A stretch of 64,000 nucleotides of DNA. It comes from Candidatus Dadabacteria bacterium (lineage in GTDB: Bacteria > Desulfobacterota_D > UBA1144 > Nemesobacterales > Mycalebacteriaceae). The notes below the pieces were generated by a model. That model did not search any database. It had not been told where the DNA came from and saw only the letters and a program-made list of their open reading frames with translations. The position numbers and the translations under genes are program-made. Shown here in pieces: positions 1 through 7,911 of this stretch. Location of the stretch: NCBI GenBank assembly GCA_026708565.1, contig JAPOUR010000059.1:24814-88813 (forward strand). The letters run 5' to 3'. How positions within the stretch are numbered: the first letter of the stretch is position 1; each line of letters opens with the position of its first letter.

Positions 1-1523
1 CCCACCGGCGGAACAGTCAGTATGCAGGCGTTTCTGAGGCCGTTCTCGCGCACCGAATCAAGGACGTCTCCGTCAAGGGTGTCAAGGAACGGGCTTTTGA
101 AGTGCTGCTTTGCGTCGTATGCGGGGAACACCCCTTTCTCGCCCGCGAGTTTGGCGCTGGAGGAGTAAACCGTGTTTTTGATGTGGTTGAAGATATTGTC
201 CGTGAACTCAACGGCTTCATCCGAATCGTAACGTTTGCCGAGTTTGGCGAGCATGTCGCCGAAACCGGTGAAGCCCACGCCTATGCGCCTTGAGCGCCGG
301 GACGCGTCGGTCTGAAAGCCGAGCGGGTGTTTGTGCTCGTTGTAGTCCAGCACGTTGTCAAGAAAACGCACGGAGTATGAAAGCGAGCGGTCAAGGTTTT
401 CCCAGTCAACACGGGCGTCCTTTGTGAACTCGTTCTTGACGAAAAGGCTCATGTTTATGTTGCCGAGACAGCAGTTTCCGTAGTTCTCAAGCGCCTGCTC
501 GCTGCACGGGTTGACGCCTTCAACCTCCATGCCTCCGTATTCGGTGGGTGAGTAGCGTTTCACAGCATCCCAGAAGATGAGGCCCGGCTCCGCCGAAGCC
601 CACGCCGATTTTACAAGCCGCGTCCAGATGTCTCTGGCTTTGACCGTCTTTCTCATCCGCACTTTTTTGTTTTCGTATTCAAGGTCAAAATCCCCGTCCT
701 CTTCCACGGCCTTCATAAACTTGTCCGAAACCTTCACCGATATGTTGGCGAACTTGACCTGAGACCTGTCCGAATCGTTTTTTATGTCAAGAAAACTGAA
801 TATGTCCGGGTGGCTGACGTCTATGGTGATCATCAGCGCTCCTCTTCTGCCCGCCTGCCCGATAGTGCCCGTGGTGGTGGAGAGAAGCTCCATAAAGGAG
901 ACCGCTCCGGTGGAGTGGATTGCCGAGTTGTTTACCGGCGCCCCCTTGGGCCTCAGGGGAGAGATGTCCGTGCCTACGCCGCCGCCGAAGGAGTAGGTCC
1001 TTGCGGCCTCTTTGCACCATTCAAATATCCCCTCTATGGAGTCTTCCTTGATGGGCATAAAGTAGCAGTTAAGCAGTGTTGAGCGGCGCGTCTGCCCGGC
1101 GCCGAACAGGATTCTCCCGCCGGGGATGAAGCGGAAGTTGGAAAGAAGCCAGTAGAACTTCTCCGTCCATTCCTCGCGCAACTCCGGCGTGGTTTCGGGG
1201 GAGGCCATTTCGGAGGCGACCCTTTTCCACATCTCCTGCGGGCGGGTTTCAACTGTGCCGCCTTCTTCGTCTTTCAGGGCGTATTTCTCAAAGAACACCC
1301 TTGCGCGGAGTTCGTCTCCGCCGAATTCTTCAATGGTTTCGGGGGGAAGGTCCCGCCCGCTCTCGTCGGGCTTCTCGGTTACGAGCCTCGGAACTTCGGG
1401 TCTCTCTTCGCCCGAAAAAACGGTATCATTTGAGAGAGACTTCTTGGGAAGTTCAAATATGTTTCCTCTTTCCTCCGTTGCACCGTTTCCGGTCTTGCCC
1501 GTTTCCGTTTTCTCTGATGACAT
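1..1523 (-). CDS. nrdJ: Ribonucleotide reductase, class II (adenosylcobalamin-dependent), N-terminal ~507 aa. The gene continues past the left window edge.
   Basis: Manual minus-strand translation starts at ATG 1523, preceded by RBS GGAGG. Contains 'GVNPCSEQALENYGNCCLGNINMS', matching the class II RNR active-site motif NPC(G/S)E...C.LGSIN. No stop codon before position 1, so the ORF is not in the provided track. Confidence 0.75.
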   Translation of the reverse strand, partial: MSSEKTETGKTGNGATEERGNIFELPKKSLSNDTVFSGEERPEVPRLVTEKPDESGRDLPPETIEEFGGDELRARVFFEKYALKDEEGGTVETRPQEMWKRVASEMASPETTPELREEWTEKFYWLLSNFRFIPGGRILFGAGQTRRSTLLNCYFMPIKEDSIEGIFEWCKEAARTYSFGGGVGTDISPLRPKGAPVNNSAIHSTGAVSFMELLSTTTGTIGQAGRRGALMITIDVSHPDIFSFLDIKNDSDRSQVKFANISVKVSDKFMKAVEEDGDFDLEYENKKVRMRKTVKARDIWTRLVKSAWASAEPGLIFWDAVKRYSPTEYGGMEVEGVNPCSEQALENYGNCCLGNINMSLFVKNEFTKDARVDWENLDRSLSYSVRFLDNVLDYNEHKHPLGFQTDASRRSRRIGVGFTGFGDMLAKLGKRYDSDEAVEFTDNIFNHIKNTVYSSSAKLAGEKGVFPAYDAKQHFKSPFLDTLDGDVLDSVRENGLRNACILTVPPV

Positions 1524-1708
1524 TAGCCTCCTCCAAGCAGTCCAACTACTGTATTTCGTGTTGCAGTGAACTCGTGAACACCAGATATTGTAGTAGCACA
1601 CGGCGGGCAAGTCAAACGGATTTGTGCCTGTTTTATGACAAACAGGGAATTATCCTTTACTGAAAGACAGTAAGCGAGCATAGTTAGAAAGTGTTGGAGG
1701 GCTGTTTT

Positions 1709-2323
1709 ATGCTGAATGACGGATTTGCGCGGCGGATACACCGGTTTTGGTTCGGTGAAATGGGCGAAAACGGGCTTTGCGACCCGGAGTTGATGTCAAA
1801 GTGGTTTGCCGGGGATGAGGGTTTTGACCGTCTTGTTGAGAGGGAGTTCGGCGCTGCTCTCCGGGCGGCGGGCGCGGGAGAGCCGGAGGGCATGTCTCAA
1901 ACGCCACGCGGGGCGCTTGCCTGCATACTTCTCACCGACCAGTTTCCGCGCAACATTCACAGGGGCGTGCCGGAGTCTTTCGCGTTTGACGGCCTGTCTC
2001 TCGCCGTGTGCAGAAGGGGGATGGAAAAGGGGTTTGACAGGTCTCTTTTCCCTATTGAGAGGATTTTCTTTTACATGCCGCTGATGCATTCGGAAAGTTT
2101 TGCGATTCAGAAGATATCGGTTGAAACCTTTTCCTCTCTTGCCGGGGAGTTCAGGGAAGCCCCGGAGGTTTATGAAAGGCTGAAATCATCGGAGGATTTC
2201 GCCCGCAGGCATTTTGAAATTATAGAGAGGTTCGGCAGATACCCGCACAGGAACGGGATACTGGGGAGGGGAAGCACGGAGGAGGAGATTGAGTTTTTGA
2301 AACAGCCGGGGAGTTCGTTTTGA
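1709..2323 (+). CDS. DUF924-family protein (conserved bacterial protein of unknown function)
   Basis: 210-aa ORF ending '...RFGRYPHRNGILGRGSTEEEIEFL', which matches the conserved C-terminal RFGRFPHRN motif of DUF924/COG3803. RBS GGAGGG lies 9 nt upstream of ATG 1709. Confidence 0.5.
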   Translation: MLNDGFARRIHRFWFGEMGENGLCDPELMSKWFAGDEGFDRLVEREFGAALRAAGAGEPEGMSQTPRGALACILLTDQFPRNIHRGVPESFAFDGLSLAVCRRGMEKGFDRSLFPIERIFFYMPLMHSESFAIQKISVETFSSLAGEFREAPEVYERLKSSEDFARRHFEIIERFGRYPHRNGILGRGSTEEEIEFLKQPGSSF

Positions 2324-2363
2324 TGTATTGCTACAAGCCCGAAGTGTTTTGTAGCATACGTGC

Positions 2364-2410
2364 CTGCGCAGAACCCCCTTGGGGTTCTGCGCAGGTGTTT
2401 ACTTTTTCTG
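2364..2410 (+). terminator. Rho-independent terminator
   Basis: Perfect 15-bp stem CCTGCGCAGAACCCC / GGGGTTCTGCGCAGG with a 2-nt loop, followed by the T-rich stretch TGTTTACTTTTTCTG. It lies just downstream of the DUF924 stop codon. Confidence 0.8.
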
Positions 2411-2460
2411 AAGATTGGGTAAAGATTTGAACTTACAACCTTTGCGCAGGAGGTGTTGTT

Positions 2461-2688
2461 ATGGAAAAAGTAGAAAGTGCCGGTGTTCCTATGAAGACGA
2501 AAAGAGAAGCGGGCAAAGCCGATACAATGGAAGAGAAAAGGCAGGAACTGTTAGAAAACATGAGTCTGCAAATCTCTGATGAACTGAAGAACGCCATTGA
2601 TGTTTCTTACAAGTTGTCAAAGAAAAGAGCTCCAAATCCTTTTTTGTCGTTTTCCAGCAGTAGTGACCCAAATGGCGACACTTTCTGA
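2461..2688 (+). CDS. Small hypothetical protein (75 aa) immediately upstream of, and overlapping, the SDH-family protease gene
   Basis: ATG at 2461 is preceded by RBS GGAGG at 7-nt spacing. Lies in an AT-rich island. No recognisable motif. Confidence 0.35.
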   Translation: MEKVESAGVPMKTKREAGKADTMEEKRQELLENMSLQISDELKNAIDVSYKLSKKRAPNPFLSFSSSSDPNGDTF

Positions 2689-3599
2689 TATTCGCAACGA
2701 AGTTGGTAAAAGAAGCCTACCGGATGAGATAAGGCGCATTTATCTCAAGAAACTCGGTGAATACACCAAACGAGATACGGTTGTTTATGCTTCCAGTTTT
2801 TCCTCGCCAAATCCGAACATACCTAGTTCAGCATACTCTATTGAGTTGAATGACCTTCAAGCCTTTATGGCTGTTTTCCATGGCTTGAAGAGAAAAAACT
2901 TGGATATTATTTTGCACAGTCCGGGAGGTTCTTTGGAAGCCGCTGACCAAATAGTGCAATATATTAGGAGAAAGTATGACCACATAAGAGCAATTATTCC
3001 TCAAAACGCCATGTCTGCCGCCACTATGATAGCGTGTGCTGCCGATGAGATTATTATGGGTAAAGAGTCGGCGTTGGGGCCGACAGATCCTTTGCTCAAC
3101 GGAGCGTCAGCCCATGCGGTTTTAAGCGAATTCGCTCAAGCGAGGAGTGAAGTTATTAAAGATCCGAAAACTGCTCCAATATGGGTTTCAAGAATAGCAA
3201 ACTGGCCACCGGGTTTTTTTGGACAGTTGTCAGAAAGCATTGGATCTGTCTCAGGAGAAAGTTTTCGAATGGCTGTCAAACTATATGTTTAAGGGTGAAA
3301 ACAATGATAAGCCTCGGGAAATTGCAAAGTGGCTTGCTGATGCCAGACAGCATAAAACCCATGCACGCCCATTGGGTATTGACTTGCTTCAGGAGAAAGG
3401 GTTGAAGGTGATTCCACTGGAGGAAGATCAGGAATTCCAAGAAATCATTTTGTCTGTTTTTCACTCAACTATTGTCACCTTTGAATCAACCTCATGTATA
3501 AAACTTGTGGAAAACCATGAAGGAAAAGGGTCTTTCCTTCAGTTTCGACCGCAAATGCTTATTCCTCCGGTGCAAGGAAATACATCTACGGGCAAGTAG
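2672..3599 (+). pseudogene. SDH-family (Pfam SDH_sah-like), ClpP/crotonase-fold serine protease. The reading frame is split at a T7 homopolymer (3214-3220).
   Basis: ORF 2597-3292 carries 'DIILHSPGGSLEAADQIVQYIRRKYDHIRAIIPQNAMSAATMIACAADEIIMGKESALGPTDP', a ClpP-like catalytic-region signature. The overlapping ORF 3219-3599 (frame +1) encodes the expected C-terminal half, '...KVFEWLSNYMF...HARPLGIDLLQEKGLKVIPLEED...'. Deleting one T from the T7 run fuses the two into a ~309-aa protein. Confidence 0.6.
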
Positions 3600-3653
3600 A
3601 TATTATATCAGAGTGGTTTGAAGTTATTGGACGAAATTGAGCTGGGGTTCATC

Positions 3654-6600
3654 TTAAATTGGGACTATGTGTGAGAATCCGGTTTTCAGATTCCCGTTTT
3701 TGGAAATCAGTTGTTTGATTTTTCCCAGTCTTGATTTGCGTCTTTTCCACAGTTCTTTTTCATTTTCATTCTCTTGCAGATAAGCAATGAGCCCCACAAT
3801 AAGAGATGCCTGAATGTCCGCGTCTGAAATATGTCCGCAAAACGGACATGTGAAAACGGGTTGATTTCCCCGTTTTTCTTTGAATTCCCCGGCTTCCCTC
3901 CGGTTTTGAAATACGGGGTTCTTTCCCGCCAGATTTTCAACGGGCTGCCGTGAAAAGTTTTTTACGGCATTGATGGCTTCCCTTCCGGTCATCGTATTGC
4001 CGGATTGTTTTGAAATTCCGTTTATGTCGTGTTTTCCAATCTTGATTTTACAAAAGCCGTCTTTTTCGTATGTAACCGGAAAACTATCTTTTTCCCGTTC
4101 CCGCGTTATGTGCGCGTATATGCTTTCACCGCAGGAACTGCATATATTGCTTGTGGCGTATGCGTCAATCTCTTTTCCGGGGGCTTTGGCAGTTCCCCAT
4201 ACAAGTTTGCGCTCATCTTTGTCGGCTTTAATTTCCTGTCTTTTGTTGCGAATGTCGGCGCGTTTGACCGACTTGTAAACTTTGGAAACCTTTTTTGAAG
4301 AGTTATATGGTTCAAACGCGCTTGTCTGCTCTTCGTAAATCGTTGCCGCCTTGTAGCGCACGGCGATGTCGTGAATCCGGTTTCTCAAAGCGCCTATGGC
4401 GTTTTCCCTTATGTCGGCGAGTTTCGTGGAGGATTCTCTGAACATTCCGGTTCGTTGCCGCGTTTTCCCGTGTCTGATGGTTTCTCTTATCTTTCCGAGG
4501 GACGGGTGGGAGATAAAGCCCTGTTTTACAATTTTGAGTTTGGGTTTTGTCTCAAGAACAGTGTATCCGAGACCGTATTCCCCCGTGTCAATTCCGAGCA
4601 GCCGTTTGGGTTTTGTTTCCTCCCCGCCCGATATTTCAAAGGGAATGGAGACAAACACCCTTTCATCGGAAAACATCTTAAGCGAGGGCTTGAAGCCGTC
4701 CTCCGTCTTTTCCCATTCAACAGCCAGTTTTCTTTCGGCGATTAAAGAATGGTCGCCGGGCTTCATTGTGATGCCGCCTTTCGGGTTTACGGACTTTTCA
4801 AGAAACTGTGTCTGATATTTTGAAGATCTGATTGGAAAACTTATTGAATTCCCCTCCGCATCCTTTGTTTCTATAAACCATCTCTTTTTGTCGCCGTTGT
4901 GGATGAGGGGGAAACTTTTCTTCAGGTTTTCAAACTGAACGGTCGCCCGCACTATGTATTGTTCCTGTGTCATACGGCTCAGAGTTCCCCTTAATTCGGA
5001 GCAGATGATTGTGTTAATGAAAGTTCCCAACTGCCCGCCTTTCAACTTGCCGCCTTTTGCAAACGCTTTTATAAACGGCGCGGCTTTATAGAAGTCCTTT
5101 TTTATATGCGGGGGTATGGACGCGGAAATGTCGGGTTGAAGGTGTATAACACATGCGGCTCTTGCTTTTTCAACCTCAACCGCGTCAAGAAGTTCGTGTA
5201 TGGCGTTTTTGAAACCGCCTTTCATTTTGAATATGCCGTTCCAGTCGGGTTGCAGATTTTTAACAAGCCCCTCAATCAACGGGAGGGGGTTTTTCCCCTT
5301 GATGTTTGCGGAAAGGTCTTTGCCCGACCATCTTCGTTGCGAGTTCACGCCCTTTCCCCGGATGAAATAGTCTTTTTCGCCGCAGTCGTGCAGATCAATC
5401 TTTGCCGCTTTGAGAACCGCGTTTCTCACCACTCCGGCAAACCTTGCGGTGTTCATTGAGCCGTTTCTCAGGGTGGCGTCTTTTTCTTTCTGTTTGCCGT
5501 ATATTCTCTTGAGAGAGTTCAAACGCCCAAGCAGAAACTCTTCATCTTCCTGCGCGGGCTTGCGTCCGCCGCTTTCCGGGGTTTTCAGGGTTTCCGCCAG
5601 AAATTCAGTTCCGGCTTTTAGACGCTCCCATGAGTCCGCGTATTTTTTATACATTTCCTTTGCGGTTTCTCCGGGAAATGCCGGTATCTTGCGCAGGTCG
5701 GAGTGAATGCTCTTGTATGCGTGCGCCGCCGTTTCATACTTCGCTTTTTTATTGTTGGTGTCGCTTTCCTGATACCGGCGGTTCAGTTCGGAGCGGAATC
5801 TTCCCATCAGGTCGTCGTAGAAATTCAATTCCTCGTGAGGCGAGTCTTCCATTTTACCCCTCAACCCAACGGCAAGGTTTTCCAGTTTTTGAAGGTGTTC
5901 CATATACTCTTTGGACAGGGGAAACTCTCCCGCTTCAATGTCTTTTCTTATTTCCTTGAAATCCTCAATGTGTTTTTCAATCTGCTCTTCTATTTTTCCT
6001 TTCTGTGTTTCAATGTTTGACACATAAGATTTGATCTTGCCCATTTGAAGACGGTATATCCTCCATTCGGCAAGTTCGGGGCGGTCGGCAAGTTTTTTCG
6101 CGCATTGGGAGAGTTTATCCAGACGCTTCTCAAGTTCTTTTTCTTTACCTTTCCAAACGGGGGCGGCTTTGAGAATGTCCGCTTTAATTTCTCCGGTTTT
6201 CCCTTCGCGCAGCCTTTTGAGTTGCGCTCCGAGGTAGTTTGACTGGGAATTGTATTCGGAATCAAGACCCATGCGATCCTTGTATTTTTCTCCGAACATG
6301 TTTTGAATCGTATTCATCAGGTCTTTGATGTCGGCTTCCCGATTCGCCGGAATGTCGGGATGAGGGCAAAAAGTCAGATTTGTTTCCATATCTGTTTCGG
6401 ATAACAGGTTGCGATTGATGCCGTATTTTTTTAGCAGAATGTTATGTTTTTCTTCCTTGCCTTTTCCTATCAGGCTTTTTATTGTGAAACAAAACTCTTT
6501 TGCGTTGCCGTCTATGGTTTCTTCTTTTTCCAGTTTGAAAATCTCTTTCATTTCTGCTTCAACTTTACCTTTGGTCTTGTTGCTTCTGAATTCTCTTGGC

Positions 6601-7004
6601 AGGACGACATATCCCATGAGTTTGTCCCAATCTTTGACCAGATTGGAAAAATCAGGGTTTGTTTTTTGGACTTGCCTTTTAATGCTCTCTTTAATGTCAG
6701 GATTGAACCGGTCAATCAGTTCCGCGGCGTTTGGGAAGAAAACCACTCCCGCCCGCAGTGAATCACGCCAGAAATCAAAAAGCGAATAGGGATGTTTTTC
6801 CTTTTCCTTGTTTTTTATCCAGTCGTTTATGTTGAAGTCGCCGACAATCGCCTGATAATCGCTGAAAATATGGTCGGCGAGGTTTTTCAGATGTTTTTTG
6901 TTTTTGCAATCAATTGGGTATTTTACGGCGCGTGTCGCTTTTCCGCCGGAAAAATCTATCCGTTTGAGATGAAGACTGTATCCGGTGAGTCCTTTATATT
7001 TCAT
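3654..7004 (-). CDS. cas12: Type V CRISPR effector, Cas12 family (1116 aa). Subtype unassigned.
   Basis: - RuvC-I: 'RLLGIDTGEYGLGYTVLE' (Asp ~806, nt 4587-4589).
- RuvC-II: 'AVRYKAATIYEEQTSAF' (Glu ~891).
- Zn-finger: CxxC...CxxC ('CSSCGES' and 'CPFCGH'), inserted before RuvC-III.
- RuvC-III: 'SDADIQASLIVGLIAY' (Asp ~1061/1063, nt ~3816-3824).
- The gene sits immediately downstream of, and co-oriented with, a CRISPR array.
- It is AT-rich relative to its flanks. Confidence 0.85.
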   Translation of the reverse strand: MKYKGLTGYSLHLKRIDFSGGKATRAVKYPIDCKNKKHLKNLADHIFSDYQAIVGDFNINDWIKNKEKEKHPYSLFDFWRDSLRAGVVFFPNAAELIDRFNPDIKESIKRQVQKTNPDFSNLVKDWDKLMGYVVLPREFRSNKTKGKVEAEMKEIFKLEKEETIDGNAKEFCFTIKSLIGKGKEEKHNILLKKYGINRNLLSETDMETNLTFCPHPDIPANREADIKDLMNTIQNMFGEKYKDRMGLDSEYNSQSNYLGAQLKRLREGKTGEIKADILKAAPVWKGKEKELEKRLDKLSQCAKKLADRPELAEWRIYRLQMGKIKSYVSNIETQKGKIEEQIEKHIEDFKEIRKDIEAGEFPLSKEYMEHLQKLENLAVGLRGKMEDSPHEELNFYDDLMGRFRSELNRRYQESDTNNKKAKYETAAHAYKSIHSDLRKIPAFPGETAKEMYKKYADSWERLKAGTEFLAETLKTPESGGRKPAQEDEEFLLGRLNSLKRIYGKQKEKDATLRNGSMNTARFAGVVRNAVLKAAKIDLHDCGEKDYFIRGKGVNSQRRWSGKDLSANIKGKNPLPLIEGLVKNLQPDWNGIFKMKGGFKNAIHELLDAVEVEKARAACVIHLQPDISASIPPHIKKDFYKAAPFIKAFAKGGKLKGGQLGTFINTIICSELRGTLSRMTQEQYIVRATVQFENLKKSFPLIHNGDKKRWFIETKDAEGNSISFPIRSSKYQTQFLEKSVNPKGGITMKPGDHSLIAERKLAVEWEKTEDGFKPSLKMFSDERVFVSIPFEISGGEETKPKRLLGIDTGEYGLGYTVLETKPKLKIVKQGFISHPSLGKIRETIRHGKTRQRTGMFRESSTKLADIRENAIGALRNRIHDIAVRYKAATIYEEQTSAFEPYNSSKKVSKVYKSVKRADIRNKRQEIKADKDERKLVWGTAKAPGKEIDAYATSNICSSCGESIYAHITREREKDSFPVTYEKDGFCKIKIGKHDINGISKQSGNTMTGREAINAVKNFSRQPVENLAGKNPVFQNRREAGEFKEKRGNQPVFTCPFCGHISDADIQASLIVGLIAYLQENENEKELWKRRKSRLGKIKQLISKNGNLKTGFSHIVPI

Positions 7005-7094
7005 TATCCTGTCAGTTAATCAAAAAACGGGAAAAGAACAACCGGACGGGTTGAGGCAAAACAGAATCTATAAAGATTTCTGAGAAGAACCGTT

Positions 7095-7311
7095 AAAAGG
7101 GCATTGTCCAACGAGACGCAGGTCTTTCGCGTCCTGTGTTAGGTCTCACATCCCCCTTGTTTAAGGGTATCGTCCAACTTGCCTTCCACTCTTGAACCAT
7201 TCCGGGGCGCCTCACATCCCCCTTGTTTAAGGGTATCGTCCAACACTTGATGGCAGAAATAGAAGGCGACAACGGCCTCACATCCCCCTTGTTTAAGGGT
7301 ATCGTCCAACT
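7095..7311 (-). CRISPR. Minimal CRISPR array with three perfect 36-nt repeats plus one degenerate terminal repeat, and 30-31-nt spacers
   Basis: Repeat G[T/C]CTCACATCCCCCTTGTTTAAGGGTATCGTCCAAC is found at 7144-7179, 7210-7245 and 7276-7311 with a 66-nt period. A degenerate copy (…AAAAGGGCATTGTCCAAC) lies at ~7095-7112. The repeat contains the hairpin CCCTT-GTTT-AAGGG. Strand is inferred from the position of the degenerate (trailer) repeat next to cas12 and the AT-rich putative leader at 7312-7490. Confidence 0.8.
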
Positions 7312-7496
7312 GAAAGACCCGGAGACTTTCATCAACTCCTTATTGTTCAGGGGATTTTCCGGTTTTCTTTCCCGTTATTTGACTTTCAAAGAACAAAAAA
7401 GCGAAGATTTCATACCGTCCCCGCTCTTTATTCCGTAAAATAGTATGAAGTAAGCCCGCATTGTCAAGACACAAGCGCGGCTGAACGGACTTGTCA

Positions 7497-7910
7497 ATGA
7501 AAACCCTTGCTCTTGATGTCGGAACGAAAACCATCGGCGTTGCCGTGAGCGATGAACTGGGCATCACGGCAAACGGCCTTGGGGTTGTCCGGCGGACGGA
7601 TGAAAAAAACGACCTGCAATCCCTCGCGGCTTTGATAAACGAACACAAGCCGGGGCGCATTGTGGTCGGAATCCCGTTTAACGCGGACGGCTCTCTCGGA
7701 GAGCGGGCGAGGGCGATAAAAGACTTTTCCGAAACGGTTTCCCGGACTTTCGGAATAAAGACGGTTCTGTGGGATGAAAGTTTCTCCACCAAAGAGGCGG
7801 AAAAAGCGCTAATCGGCGGCGGAATGGGCAGAAAGAAAAGAAAAAAAGTTGTTGATAAGGTCGCCGCAACGGTCATACTGCGGGAATATCTGGACAGCGC
7901 GGAGGGATAA
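7497..7910 (+). CDS. ruvX: Holliday-junction resolvase-like / pre-16S rRNA nuclease YqgF (RuvX)
   Basis: 'MKTLALDVGTKTIGVAVSD' is the N-terminal RuvX signature. Length is ~138 aa. Confidence 0.85.
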   Translation: MKTLALDVGTKTIGVAVSDELGITANGLGVVRRTDEKNDLQSLAALINEHKPGRIVVGIPFNADGSLGERARAIKDFSETVSRTFGIKTVLWDESFSTKEAEKALIGGGMGRKKRKKVVDKVAATVILREYLDSAEG

Positions 7911-7911
7911 T

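Noticed and set aside
1524-1690. Cobalamin riboswitch upstream of nrdJ
   Set aside because: B12 riboswitches normally control B12-independent RNRs, not nrdJ. No B12-box-like sequence was recognisable in the 167-nt region.
3970-4815. Several 90-140-aa plus-strand ORFs inside cas12
   Set aside because: They are antisense to the 1116-aa Cas12 ORF with its clear RuvC motifs. They have no RBS and their translations have no motifs.
7093-7335. 80-aa ORF on the minus strand
   Set aside because: It lies entirely within the CRISPR repeat-spacer array. The repeated 'WTIPLNKGDVRP' peptide is simply the translated repeat.
7342-7377. Fifth CRISPR repeat at the exact 66-nt register after repeat 3
   Set aside because: The sequence at the expected register (TATTGTTCAGGGGATTTTCCGG…) shares only scattered identity with the repeat. 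The repeat-like hairpin (7338-7354) is out of register. It is treated as a leader or possible anti-repeat element instead.
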